Assembly: GCA_035546615.1 (NCBI GenBank) | Contig: DASZWM010000007.1 | Location: 1,451-65,450 of the forward strand | Direction of reading: 5' to 3' | Source of the DNA: Minisyncoccota bacterium | GTDB lineage: Bacteria; Patescibacteriota; Minisyncoccia; Phycocordibacterales; SBAW01 | Length of the DNA: 64,000 nt | In this document: positions 26,377-35,773 of the stretch, one piece after another | Layout: each line of letters begins with the position of its first letter | Numbering within the stretch: position 1 is the first letter of the stretch | Made by a program: the position numbers and the translations under genes | The notes under the pieces: model-generated | Seen by the model: only the letters and a program-made list of their open reading frames with translations | Database searches by the model: none | What the model was told of the DNA's origin: nothing

Positions 26377-27219
26377 GTGACCGGATGCATTTCTGCAACC
26401 AGCACGAACACGGAGGTCATTGATTTGTCTACGTTCAAAACGTATTTGGAGACGCTGCAGGCGCAGCTCATCCCCTCTTACACGCCGCCGGCCACACCCG
26501 GCGGCTACGACGTCAACCACGTCCTCGAGATGGCGGCCCTGGGTCCGAGCATCAAGGCGCTTCCGCGCTATAAGACCCTCGACATGGAGGAGTTCGTCAC
26601 GGCGGTCTGGCTGCACAACAGCGACCGACCCGACAGCATGGTGAACTTCCTGCACAACAAGGACTACCCGCGCGGGGACGACGGCTGGAAGAACGACAAC
26701 TGGAAGCCATACCTCCAGAAGCTGCTCGCCGACAGCCCCTTCGACGATGAGGCACGGAACCGCATCATTGACGCTGTGCTCGAGCACTCCAAGAAGGACG
26801 ATGAGGAAGGCGATTCAGTCCTTCTCACCGCGCTGCGCATCGCCGACAAGGTGGTTCGCTTCGGGCCGCTTGGCATGATGGGCCAGCCCGCCAATCGCGG
26901 GCGCACCCAGATGTTCTACGACCCCGAGGAACCGTTCGTCTACGGCTCGACGGCGGAGGACAAGCTGCGCGCGGTATGGAACGACTACTTCCGCGTGCTC
27001 GAGTGGCTTACGATGCTTCTCAAGCGCGCGCTGACCGAAGACGAGCTGTGGTCGCTGGTGGACAAGGCGGACATCGCCGACGAAGTCCACTACATCCGCG
27101 GCGTCGGCCGGCAGATCGCCCGCGTCACCGGGGGCGAGAACAAGGTCGAAGAGTGCGTGCAGAAGGCGCTCGGCGATCTCTACAAGCAGTTCCCGCCGAT
27201 GCAGCTCGTGCCCGCCTAG
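26377..27219 (+). CDS. Hypothetical protein, possibly HD-superfamily-like (H..HNSD..D pattern). Start uncertain: GTG 26377 or TTG 26425
   Basis: Codon-biased, protein-like ORF with no confident family match from sequence alone. Confidence 0.55.
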   Translation: MTGCISATSTNTEVIDLSTFKTYLETLQAQLIPSYTPPATPGGYDVNHVLEMAALGPSIKALPRYKTLDMEEFVTAVWLHNSDRPDSMVNFLHNKDYPRGDDGWKNDNWKPYLQKLLADSPFDDEARNRIIDAVLEHSKKDDEEGDSVLLTALRIADKVVRFGPLGMMGQPANRGRTQMFYDPEEPFVYGSTAEDKLRAVWNDYFRVLEWLTMLLKRALTEDELWSLVDKADIADEVHYIRGVGRQIARVTGGENKVEECVQKALGDLYKQFPPMQLVPA

Positions 27220-27244
27220 CGGACACCGGCTAAGGCCGAAAAAG

Positions 27245-27280
27245 TAAAGGGCGGACCCGGTGGGTCCGCCCTTTTTATAT
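27245..27280 (+). terminator. Intrinsic terminator
   Basis: agggcggaccc-ggt-gggtccgccct followed by ttttatat. Confidence 0.6.
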
Positions 27281-27397
27281 GTTTAGTGTGCCATTAGGAA
27301 ACTTTTCTGCCACACGAGGTGTTTACAAAGGATCCGCAGCGGGCGGTCCGTTTTTTATTTGCGGGCATAAGGGAAAAATGCTACCACTATCCTACCT

Positions 27398-28393
27398 ATG
27401 TACCAGAATCGGGAGATAAAAACGGCCCTTGTCCTGGGCGCCGGCGGCTTTATCGGCAGCCACCTGGTTCGCCGCCTCAAGAAAGAGGGCTTCTGGGTCC
27501 GCGGCGTCGACCTCAAATACCCTCAGTTCAGCATCCCCGAGGCCGACGAGTTCGTCCTGGGCGACCTGCGCGACCAGGCGGTGTGCCTCGGCGTGTTCGA
27601 CCGGCCGTTTGATGAGGTGTATCAGCTGGCAGCGGACATGGGCGGCGCCGGCTATATCTTTACCGGCGAGCATGATGCCGACGTCATGCACAATTCCGCG
27701 ACCATCAACCTCAACGCGGCGTACTACGGCCGCCAGGCGGGCGTGAAGAAGTTCTTCTACTCGTCCTCCGCATGCATGTACCCCGCCTACAACCAGGTGG
27801 ACCCGGACAACCCCAATTGCGCGGAAGACTCCGCGTATCCGGCAGCCCCCGACAGCGAGTACGGCTGGGAGAAGCTTTTCAGCGAGCGCCTGTACCTCGC
27901 CTTCAAGCGCAACTACGGCCTCAACGTGCGCATCGCCCGCTTCCACAATATCTTCGGCCCCGAAGGCACCTGGCAGGGCGGCAAGGAAAAGGCGCCGGCC
28001 GCGATATGCCGCAAGGTCGCTGAAGCGCCTCAGGGCAGCAGCATAGAGATATGGGGCGACGGCGAGCAGACCCGCTCCTTCCTATATATAGATGAGTGCC
28101 TCGAGGGCATGCGTCGCCTCATGGACTCCGAGTTCGAGGGCCCGGTCAACATCGGCTCCGACGAAATGGTAACCATCAACCAGCTGGCGCAGATGGCCAT
28201 GGATGCCGCCGGAAAACAGCTTTCCATAAAGCACATTGACGGTCCGCTCGGCGTGCGCGGCCGCAACTCGGACAACACGCTCATACGGCAAATGCTCGGC
28301 TGGGCACCGTCTGCACCGCTGCGTGAGGGTGTCGAGAAGACGTATCGCTGGATAGAACAGCAGCGCCTGCTCAATTCGATACGTCCCCGGTAA
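27398..28393 (+). CDS. gme: GDP-mannose 3,5-epimerase homologue (extended SDR), expected to form GDP-L-galactose/GDP-L-gulose
   Basis: Block-by-block match to plant GME: LAADMGGAGYI, KKFFYSSSACMYPAYNQ, RFHNIFGPEGTWQGGKEKAPAAICRK, IWGDGEQTRSFLYIDECLEG, PVNIGSDEMVTINQLAQ, GPLGVRGRNSDNTLIRQMLGWAP. Confidence 0.85.
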   Translation: MYQNREIKTALVLGAGGFIGSHLVRRLKKEGFWVRGVDLKYPQFSIPEADEFVLGDLRDQAVCLGVFDRPFDEVYQLAADMGGAGYIFTGEHDADVMHNSATINLNAAYYGRQAGVKKFFYSSSACMYPAYNQVDPDNPNCAEDSAYPAAPDSEYGWEKLFSERLYLAFKRNYGLNVRIARFHNIFGPEGTWQGGKEKAPAAICRKVAEAPQGSSIEIWGDGEQTRSFLYIDECLEGMRRLMDSEFEGPVNIGSDEMVTINQLAQMAMDAAGKQLSIKHIDGPLGVRGRNSDNTLIRQMLGWAPSAPLREGVEKTYRWIEQQRLLNSIRPR

Positions 28394-28416
28394 GCGCGGG
28401 CGGTATACTAAAGGGA

Positions 28417-29238
28417 ATGCAAACCACGACCATCATCCAGCCCCGCAAGAAGCTGGGGCTCGCCGACCTGGCAGAGCTCTGGCGCTACCGCGAGCTGCTT
28501 TTTTTCTTTTCCTGGCGCGACCTTAAGGTGCGCTACAAGCAGACCGCTATCGGGGTGGCGTGGGCGGTGTTCCAGCCGCTGGCTACTATGCTTATCTTTA
28601 CCCTGTTCTTCGGGACGCTCCTCAAGGTCCCGTCCGACGGCATTCCCTACCCGATCTTCGTCTATACCGGCCTTCTGTTCTGGCAATTCTTTTCCTCGTC
28701 GCTTGGCGACGTCAGCGGCAGTCTGGTGTCCAACCAGTCCATCATCACCAAGGTCTACTTTCCCCGCCTCATACTGCCGCTTGCGGTCGTGGCGACCAAC
28801 TTCATCGACTTCTGCGTCGCCTCGGGCGTCCTGGTCGCGCTGATGGTCTATTACGGGTTCCTGCCCAACCTCATGGGCCTCTTCATACTGCCCGTCTTGC
28901 TGCTTATGACCTACTTCGCGGCGCTCGGCGGCGGCCTATTCCTTTCCGCGCTCAACGTGAAATACCGCGACGTGCGCTATATCCTTCCCTACTTCATGCA
29001 GATGCTCCTCTTCATCACGCCGGTCATCTACCCGGCCAGCATCGCGGGAAAGTACTCCTGGCTACTCGCCATAAACCCGATGACCGGCATCATCAAGGCC
29101 GCGCGCGGCGCTTTGCTCGGCACGGAGCCGGTCAACTGGGCGCTTTTGGGAATTTCTTCGCTCGCCATCCTCGTGCTCTTTGCCGTGGGACTTGTCGTGT
29201 TCAAGAAGACCGAGCGTTACTTTGCCGATATCGTATAA
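28417..29238 (+). CDS. wzm: ABC-2 type polysaccharide/O-antigen export permease
   Basis: 273 aa, six TM helices. RDLKVRYKQTAIGVAWAVFQPLATMLIFTLFFG. Confidence 0.9.
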   Translation: MQTTTIIQPRKKLGLADLAELWRYRELLFFFSWRDLKVRYKQTAIGVAWAVFQPLATMLIFTLFFGTLLKVPSDGIPYPIFVYTGLLFWQFFSSSLGDVSGSLVSNQSIITKVYFPRLILPLAVVATNFIDFCVASGVLVALMVYYGFLPNLMGLFILPVLLLMTYFAALGGGLFLSALNVKYRDVRYILPYFMQMLLFITPVIYPASIAGKYSWLLAINPMTGIIKAARGALLGTEPVNWALLGISSLAILVLFAVGLVVFKKTERYFADIV

Positions 29239-29260
29239 ACAAAAAGTTGAAAGTCAATTA

Positions 29261-29681
29261 TGTCCATAAAGTCAAAAGTCTTTAATGCCTGTACAGTGAG
29301 AGAAGGGATATGACCATAGAACGATTCGAGGACATACTTGCATGGCAGAAAGCAAAAGAGTTGACGCTTTTGGTATATGCGGCATTCAAGGATAATAAGG
29401 ATTACGGCTTCAGGGACCAGATACAAAGGGCCTGCGTTTCAATAATGAATAATATCGCTGAAGGTTTTGAAAGAAAGGGCGATAAGGAATTCAAACAATT
29501 CTTATACATTGCCAAAGGGTCCTGCGGAGAAGTCAGATCTATGTTGGACATCGCCCTGGGCTTGGCGTATGTAGATCAAGAGCACTATACGCGCTACCGC
29601 GATCTATCCGTCGACACTTCTAAATTGCTGTCGGGATTCATCAAGACGCTTTAGACATTCAACATTCTGACTTTATGGACA
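29261..29681. repeat. IVS-like cassette: 14-bp perfect inverted repeats TGTCCATAAAGTCA (29261-29274) / TGACTTTATGGACA (29668-29681) flanking a four-helix-bundle gene inserted between wzm and wzt
   Basis: Exact reverse-complement arms. The right arm contains the wzt ATG (29675). The ORF inside belongs to the family typically found in 23S rRNA intervening sequences. Confidence 0.6.
29310..29654 (+). CDS. Four-helix-bundle protein of the 23S rRNA intervening-sequence protein family
   Basis: 114 aa. ERFEDILAWQKAKELTLLVY..IMNNIAEGFERKGDKEFKQFLYIAKGSCGEV. SD AAGGGA 4 nt upstream. Confidence 0.75.
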   Translation: MTIERFEDILAWQKAKELTLLVYAAFKDNKDYGFRDQIQRACVSIMNNIAEGFERKGDKEFKQFLYIAKGSCGEVRSMLDIALGLAYVDQEHYTRYRDLSVDTSKLLSGFIKTL

Positions 29682-30931
29682 ATTTACCCATCATCGAGAT
29701 ACAGGGCATCGGAAAGAAGTATGACATCAACCACCAGCGCGGCGGCTATATCGCCCTGCGCGATGTGCTTGCGTACATGCTCAAGCGGCCGTTCAGCTTC
29801 TTCAAGGCAAAGGCCAAGCGCGCCGTCGGGTTCGATAAAAAGGAGGAGTTCTGGGCCCTGCGCGACGTATCGTTCTCGGTCGGAAAAGGCGAGGTAGTGG
29901 GCGTCATCGGCCGCAACGGCGCGGGCAAGTCGACGCTTCTCAAGATCCTGACCGGCATCACGCCGCCCACCGAAGGCCGGGCCGTCATGCGCGGACGCGT
30001 GGCGTCGCTGCTTGAGGTCGGGACCGGCTTTCATCCGGAGCTGACCGGCCGCGAGAACATCTTCCTCAACGGAGCCATCATCGGCATGACGCGCCGCGAG
30101 ATAGCGCGCAAGTTCGACGATATCGTCGCGTTCTCCGGCATCGAAAAGTTTCTCGATACGCCGGTGAAGCATTACTCAAGCGGCATGTACGTGCGGCTCG
30201 CCTTTTCGGTGGCCGCGCATATGGAGCCGGACGTCCTTATCGTGGACGAAGTGCTCGCGGTCGGCGACGCGGAGTTCCAGAAAAAGTGCCTCGGCAAGAT
30301 GGAGGAGGTGACCCGCTCCGATGGCCGCACGATACTCTTCGTGAGCCACAACATGGCGGCGGTCGCGGCCCTATGCAAGAAGGTTGTCGTACTCGAGCAC
30401 GGTACGGTAGCTTTTTACGGGCCGACGCACGAGGCTATAGACTTTTATATGAATCGGTTTACATCCGCCGCCGGCGGCGCTCCTGCCAGCTTCTCGCTCG
30501 GACCCGTACGCTTGGACAATTTTACCCTCAACGGCGCTCCGGCGAACGCAATACCGCAGATTGCCTCCGGCGAGCCTCTTTCGATAGGTGTCCGCGTTGA
30601 GAGCACGGATCCCACTGGCAGGCTCAATATCGGCTATGGCATCCGCCGGCGCAGCGACGCATCGCTCATGGTGTTCTCGCACGCAGACCTCGAAAGTGCT
30701 AAATTACCTTCTGCCTCCGGCATCATAGAAGCCCGGTTCGATATGCCGCGGCTCGCGCCCGGCGACTACATCGTGGAATTCCAGGCCAAATACAATGACG
30801 CGGCGGGCATCCCGGAAAAAGAGATAGGCGGGTTCACGGTGCCTGAAACGCGGGCCTTCAAGGCCGAGCAGACGTTTAGGGACTTTCCCTCCGCCGTATT
30901 GGCCAACTCGAACTGGAACCATATTCGATAA
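29675..30931 (+). CDS. wzt: ABC transporter ATP-binding protein for polysaccharide export, with C-terminal carbohydrate-binding (Wzt_C-like) domain
   Basis: Walker A GRNGAGKSTLLK, signature LSGGMYVRLAF, Walker B LIVDEVLAVGD, plus ~170-aa C-terminal extension. Confidence 0.9.
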   Translation: MDNLPIIEIQGIGKKYDINHQRGGYIALRDVLAYMLKRPFSFFKAKAKRAVGFDKKEEFWALRDVSFSVGKGEVVGVIGRNGAGKSTLLKILTGITPPTEGRAVMRGRVASLLEVGTGFHPELTGRENIFLNGAIIGMTRREIARKFDDIVAFSGIEKFLDTPVKHYSSGMYVRLAFSVAAHMEPDVLIVDEVLAVGDAEFQKKCLGKMEEVTRSDGRTILFVSHNMAAVAALCKKVVVLEHGTVAFYGPTHEAIDFYMNRFTSAAGGAPASFSLGPVRLDNFTLNGAPANAIPQIASGEPLSIGVRVESTDPTGRLNIGYGIRRRSDASLMVFSHADLESAKLPSASGIIEARFDMPRLAPGDYIVEFQAKYNDAAGIPEKEIGGFTVPETRAFKAEQTFRDFPSAVLANSNWNHIR

Positions 30932-30990
30932 ACAATGATGAAGAAAAAACTTGTTACAGGTTCAGGTGTCATGCTGAGCCCACTAGAAAA

Positions 30991-33519
30991 ATGAAAAAGG
31001 CTCTTCTTTCTTTCTCGAAAAAGCATTTCGATCCTTCTGGTGAGGAGCAAGTCTTTTATGCTTCGAGCATGAGCATTATGATTGAGGGATTATACAATGC
31101 TCTCCGGAAAGCCGATTATGCGGTCGACTACATAGACTCCTGTGAAAATCCCAAGGGTCCGGGTCCCTATGATTTGTTTGTCGGTAATCTTACACGATGG
31201 ATGGATATCGCTTCGCAAAGCGAGGCGACTGTAAAGATCATCTTTATGGAAACCAGCCATCCGGTTAATCGCAACGAGCGCATGAAAGCATTGCGTGCAA
31301 GGTGGAACGTGCCACGAGACGAGGAATTGCTCGACACATCGTATACCGCACTACGCGCGTTCGAGCTTGCGGATTACGTTATACAGGTGGGCAACGGAGT
31401 CAATATGGACGCTCTTGTTGCTAATGGAGTGCCCCGGGACAAAATTATCCCTCTCCACTATGGTCTTCCGTTAGCATGGAACAAACACGACATTCTTGCG
31501 CGCGGCGCGCTGAATAGATATGTTCATACGGCTGCGGAAATGGGATTACGCAAGGGGCTTCAGGAACTGATAGGGGCGTTCGGCTCCCCTACGTTCAAGA
31601 ATATGTATCTGACTCTTATCGGGAACGTACGCAAAAAGGAGAACTACGCTTTTTGGAACTCTCGACTGGAGACTCTTAAGAAGGAAAATCCTGGTGTTGT
31701 GCACCTAGGATTTATCGACGCATCGTCGAGAAGATACTCCGAAATTTTGGCCGAACACGCATGGTATCTGTTCCCGTCGGCAGAAGAAGGCGAACCGGGA
31801 ACCGTACTGGAAGCGATGACTCTTGGTTTAGTGCCAATCCTGACGCGAGATAGTGGGATAGATTTCGCGCTCGATGGGAACTTTGAGGCTACGTTCAAGG
31901 AATCTCTTGATAAAACGCTTGCCATATCGAAAGAACAGTGGAGCATTCTCTCAGAAAAGGCCCGGCACTATATAATATTATTCCACGATCACGCCCTTTT
32001 TGAGAATCGGCTGGCCGAATTGTTCGGCAAGATAGCCGGTGGCGCGCGCGATTTGCGTCCTACCGCGAGCATTATACTGACTGTCCACGACAAAGAAAAA
32101 CATATCGTACGGCTGCTACAGACCCTTCTTACGAATACTCGCTCCTATCCTCACTGGGACCTACATATTATCTATGATGGCTGCAGCGACGCGTCGCGGC
32201 AAGTAGCGCAGGAAACCCTGAAGGACTTCCCTGTTACGGTATACGAGTATGAAACGCCTGACGTATGGGAAGTAAAAGCAAACAATTACGGTCTCAAGCG
32301 GGCGCAAGGTAAATATTGCGTCATTCTACAGGACGACAACTTCATATATGAAGAAGGGTGGCTCGAAAAGATGCTCTCTTGGCTCGAGGAGCACCCGAAG
32401 GTCGGCATATTAGGAGGCTTGGCAGGCGTAAACTTCTTCCATCTCGACTCCTCCGATCCGAAGGGCCCGGGGGTGAACCGCTCCGCATTCGAGCTTCACC
32501 AGCGACTCGACCCAGCAGTACAGATTGAACTGCGGGATTTCATCTTCGAAGTTGACGCGGTCATGCGCGGGCCAATCATCCTTCGGAAAGCTCTGCTTGA
32601 GAAGCACGGTTACTTCGACGAAACGTACGCCCCGCTCTACAACGACGACATGGACTACTGCTTCCGAATGCGGAGCCTTGGCTATGGGGTATTCTGCTAC
32701 CCCATCAATGTGGTGAACGAGAGCCTTACGGTGGCACAGTATAAGAACCCGGTAAAGGACAAATTCTGGAAAGATACGGCGGAAAAGAACCAGAAACTAT
32801 TATATAGGCGCTGGAGCGGAGATATAGAGAAATATCATGCGATCCAGATAAAAGTACCGAAACCCACCCTTGCAGCAGTCGGGGCTTTCCGGAAACAGCA
32901 TACGGCGCGTCTGCCCAGGCTCAACATGTATGATATTCGCGTGCGGTCCCGCGCCGCAGCCCGCGCGATGTTCCTGCGCCTGCCCGCTTCTTTGGTGCGC
33001 GGCCTGATTCAAACGCTAAGATACGCGGGAGGTCGCGGAATCGCGGAGAAGCTCCGCGTGCACTATTTCGAGGGTAAGACTATTCCGTGGCGGCTCGCAA
33101 ACGGCGATGCGAACCTGCGGGTCGAGTACCCACTCGCTTCCTCCTCGCTCATATACAGCATCGGCGAGAAAAACGCGCAATGGGCGGAAGTTATGCGGCG
33201 CCGGTACGGATGTATGGTGCGTACACTTGCCTCCTGGCCTGCCGTGACGGATGTGGGAAAAGACCTCGAAGCGCGCATACGAGGGCAGGGGGATATAGAT
33301 CTGCTGAGTCTCTACATGGATGGTGGAGAATACGAGCTCCTGGAAATGCTGCTTGATAGCGGCACGGTGCAGAGTATTAGGAATATCCAGATAAAATTCG
33401 ACGACAGCGCCCCCGACGCCATATCGCGCGTGCGTGCTATCCGCAAGCGGCTACGCGAGACGCACGCACCGACCTACCAATATGATTTCGTGTGGGAGAA
33501 TTGGGAAAGAAAGAAGTAA
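30991..33519 (+). CDS. Tri-domain glycan-biosynthesis enzyme: N-terminal GT4-like, central GT2 (DxD), C-terminal domain with weak FkbM-methyltransferase-like similarity
   Basis: 842 aa. GT2 block SIILTVHDKEKHIVRLLQTLL..DLHIIYDGCSDASRQ..YCVILQDDNFIYEEGW. C-terminus DIDLLSLYMDGGEYELLEML. Confidence 0.75.
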   Translation: MKKALLSFSKKHFDPSGEEQVFYASSMSIMIEGLYNALRKADYAVDYIDSCENPKGPGPYDLFVGNLTRWMDIASQSEATVKIIFMETSHPVNRNERMKALRARWNVPRDEELLDTSYTALRAFELADYVIQVGNGVNMDALVANGVPRDKIIPLHYGLPLAWNKHDILARGALNRYVHTAAEMGLRKGLQELIGAFGSPTFKNMYLTLIGNVRKKENYAFWNSRLETLKKENPGVVHLGFIDASSRRYSEILAEHAWYLFPSAEEGEPGTVLEAMTLGLVPILTRDSGIDFALDGNFEATFKESLDKTLAISKEQWSILSEKARHYIILFHDHALFENRLAELFGKIAGGARDLRPTASIILTVHDKEKHIVRLLQTLLTNTRSYPHWDLHIIYDGCSDASRQVAQETLKDFPVTVYEYETPDVWEVKANNYGLKRAQGKYCVILQDDNFIYEEGWLEKMLSWLEEHPKVGILGGLAGVNFFHLDSSDPKGPGVNRSAFELHQRLDPAVQIELRDFIFEVDAVMRGPIILRKALLEKHGYFDETYAPLYNDDMDYCFRMRSLGYGVFCYPINVVNESLTVAQYKNPVKDKFWKDTAEKNQKLLYRRWSGDIEKYHAIQIKVPKPTLAAVGAFRKQHTARLPRLNMYDIRVRSRAAARAMFLRLPASLVRGLIQTLRYAGGRGIAEKLRVHYFEGKTIPWRLANGDANLRVEYPLASSSLIYSIGEKNAQWAEVMRRRYGCMVRTLASWPAVTDVGKDLEARIRGQGDIDLLSLYMDGGEYELLEMLLDSGTVQSIRNIQIKFDDSAPDAISRVRAIRKRLRETHAPTYQYDFVWENWERKK

Positions 33520-33541
33520 TGCAATACAGAATTATCCTGGT

Positions 33542-35050
33542 ATGCGCAAATATCTATCTCCAAAAACATATCTACGCTTTATACGATACAAAATTCGCAA
33601 ACTGAAAAAGGAACCCCTGCCTTCCTCGTCACGGCCCGTGTTCTGGATAGGTATCGGCGCTTGCGGTTTCTTGCGCACCTACAACTTGCTCACGTACAGC
33701 GGACAAACATCGGTATATTTTAAAAGCCGCAATAAACTTCAGAACCATAACGTGCATCTGCATCCCGAGCGGGAACTCATGTGGGAGCGCGGCGAGGACG
33801 AGGGCGAACGGGTGCGCGCGTATTTCAAGCACGAAGGCGTATACGACCACCACATAGCGCCCTACACCATCCGGTACGCCGAAGAAATACTCGCACACTT
33901 CAGCGGCGAGGCCGTGTTCCTCTGCCTTCGCTCGCGGAAGTCCGTCCGCTCGCTCTGGCTGCAGTGGGGATACCGCAACCCGCTCATGGCCGACCGCGCG
34001 CGCAAGAACCGCTATCCGGTCGAGTTCTATCCGGACTTGTCCGGTACCGCCAAAGACGGCAGGGAGGCGGTCGAGCGGTACAATGCTATTTATGACGAGC
34101 TTGCGGACTCGCTCGCAGCGGCTCACCCCGATACTTTTTACGTCGTAGATGCGGACCGGTTCTTTAGCGATGAGGAATATTTCAACTCGATCAACGGGCG
34201 GTTCGGCTTGAGGCTGGCGTTCAAAGCCCAGGCGCCGGATTGCGATAGCGGCGGCGTAACGACAACGCTCGACGGAGGGCTGGGCAACAACCTGTTCCAA
34301 ATGGCGGAGCCGGTTGCCTTCTGCGCCGAGCACGGCCTCCCCGCCCCGCAATTTTCAACATGGCAGATGCCGGACTTTCCGCCCTCCTACCGCAGTGATC
34401 GTTTTTTGGGCGGGCATACGGGGTCGCAGGAAGAACTGAAGCGCACCTTCCCGGGAGTTGCATGGCTTCCGCCTTCCATAGCCTCTTTCGACCATAAATT
34501 CATGGTAACGGATATGTTCTCCTTCGAGGATGCGCATCCGCAGCGCGAAGCCATACTCAAGCATCTCGGCCCCTCTGAAGAGATGAGGCAGGAACTCGCG
34601 CAAAAGTATCCCGCTCTGGTCAAAGAAAATACGGTTTCCCTCCACTACCGGACCGGAGGCCTCAAGGCGGATACGCGCTCTTTCAGCGGGCTGAGTACCG
34701 AGTGGTATAAAAAGGTATTCGCTGACTATTTCCCGAAAGGGTACGACTGTTTCGTGTTCTCCGACAATAACGAGGCCGCCAAGAAGCTTATTGCGGAACT
34801 GGCAGGCAACAGCGAGAATACGTACCACCTTATAGAAGAAGGCGTCTTTCCGTCGCTCATTATGATGAGCATGTGCAGGAACCACATACTCAGCAACTCA
34901 ACGCTCAGCTTTTGGGGAGCATATCTCGACCCCCGCCAGCCTGCCGGTAAGACCATCCTCCATCCCAGCTTTGAGACCTACCATTCCGAGCCCCATATCG
35001 AGTGCCGCATGATTCCGTATCCGGAATGGATACGGTACGATACGGCGTAA
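33542..35050 (+). CDS. Two-domain protein: N-terminal domain of unknown function plus C-terminal GT11-family (alpha-1,2-fucosyltransferase-like) glycosyltransferase
   Basis: GT11 motifs LDGGLGNNLFQMAEPVAF and HILSNSTLSFWGAYL. Start placed at ATG 33542 (MRKYLSPKTY) because the 5' part of the track ORF overlaps the previous gene. Confidence 0.75.
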   Translation: MRKYLSPKTYLRFIRYKIRKLKKEPLPSSSRPVFWIGIGACGFLRTYNLLTYSGQTSVYFKSRNKLQNHNVHLHPERELMWERGEDEGERVRAYFKHEGVYDHHIAPYTIRYAEEILAHFSGEAVFLCLRSRKSVRSLWLQWGYRNPLMADRARKNRYPVEFYPDLSGTAKDGREAVERYNAIYDELADSLAAAHPDTFYVVDADRFFSDEEYFNSINGRFGLRLAFKAQAPDCDSGGVTTTLDGGLGNNLFQMAEPVAFCAEHGLPAPQFSTWQMPDFPPSYRSDRFLGGHTGSQEELKRTFPGVAWLPPSIASFDHKFMVTDMFSFEDAHPQREAILKHLGPSEEMRQELAQKYPALVKENTVSLHYRTGGLKADTRSFSGLSTEWYKKVFADYFPKGYDCFVFSDNNEAAKKLIAELAGNSENTYHLIEEGVFPSLIMMSMCRNHILSNSTLSFWGAYLDPRQPAGKTILHPSFETYHSEPHIECRMIPYPEWIRYDTA

Positions 35051-35053
35051 GCT

Positions 35054-35773
35054 ATGGAGCGCTTCAAAAAATATTTGGTTCCGAGAAACTACCTGCACCG
35101 CCTGCGGCTTATACTGGGGATGGATTACAAGGCAAGCTATGCGCAAAATGGCGAGGACCTGCTTATAGACTTTATCTTCCGCGCTCTCAAGATAGACTGC
35201 CCTTCATATATTGATATCGGCGCACACGATCCCCTACATAAGAGCAATACTGTTCGCCTGTATAAACAAGGGTCCAGGGGCATCAACATCGAGGCAAATC
35301 CCGTCTTGTATAAGTGCTTCCCGCGCAAACGCCCAGGAGACATTAATCTCAATATCGGCATTGCTCCTCATGCCGGCACGCTGGATTTTTACGTCATGAA
35401 CAATCCCGGATTAAGCACCTTTTCAAAAGAAGAGGCCGAACGCCTGGTCCGGGACCATGGGTTTGCGATCGCCAGCGTGTATCCGGTCCGGGTGCGGACG
35501 GTTGCGGACGTGATAGAGGAATATTGCGGCGGCACGTGCCTGGACCTGCTCACTATAGACACGGAAGGGCTGGACGAGGATATTCTGCGATCCGTCGATT
35601 TCTCCAAATATCGGCCCAAGGTCATATGCGTTGAAACGATATCCTTTTCCAAAACGCGCGGCGGCGTTAAGGACGAAAGACTTATAAGCTTCCTGAAAGA
35701 ACAGGGATACCTGCTGTTGGCGGATACGTATATAAATTCCCTTTTCGTCGATGCAAGCGTATGGAAAGAATAG
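35054..35773 (+). CDS. FkbM-family methyltransferase
   Basis: YIDIGAHDPLHKSNTVRLYKQG..LLTIDTEGLDEDILRS. Confidence 0.8.
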   Translation: MERFKKYLVPRNYLHRLRLILGMDYKASYAQNGEDLLIDFIFRALKIDCPSYIDIGAHDPLHKSNTVRLYKQGSRGINIEANPVLYKCFPRKRPGDINLNIGIAPHAGTLDFYVMNNPGLSTFSKEEAERLVRDHGFAIASVYPVRVRTVADVIEEYCGGTCLDLLTIDTEGLDEDILRSVDFSKYRPKVICVETISFSKTRGGVKDERLISFLKEQGYLLLADTYINSLFVDASVWKE

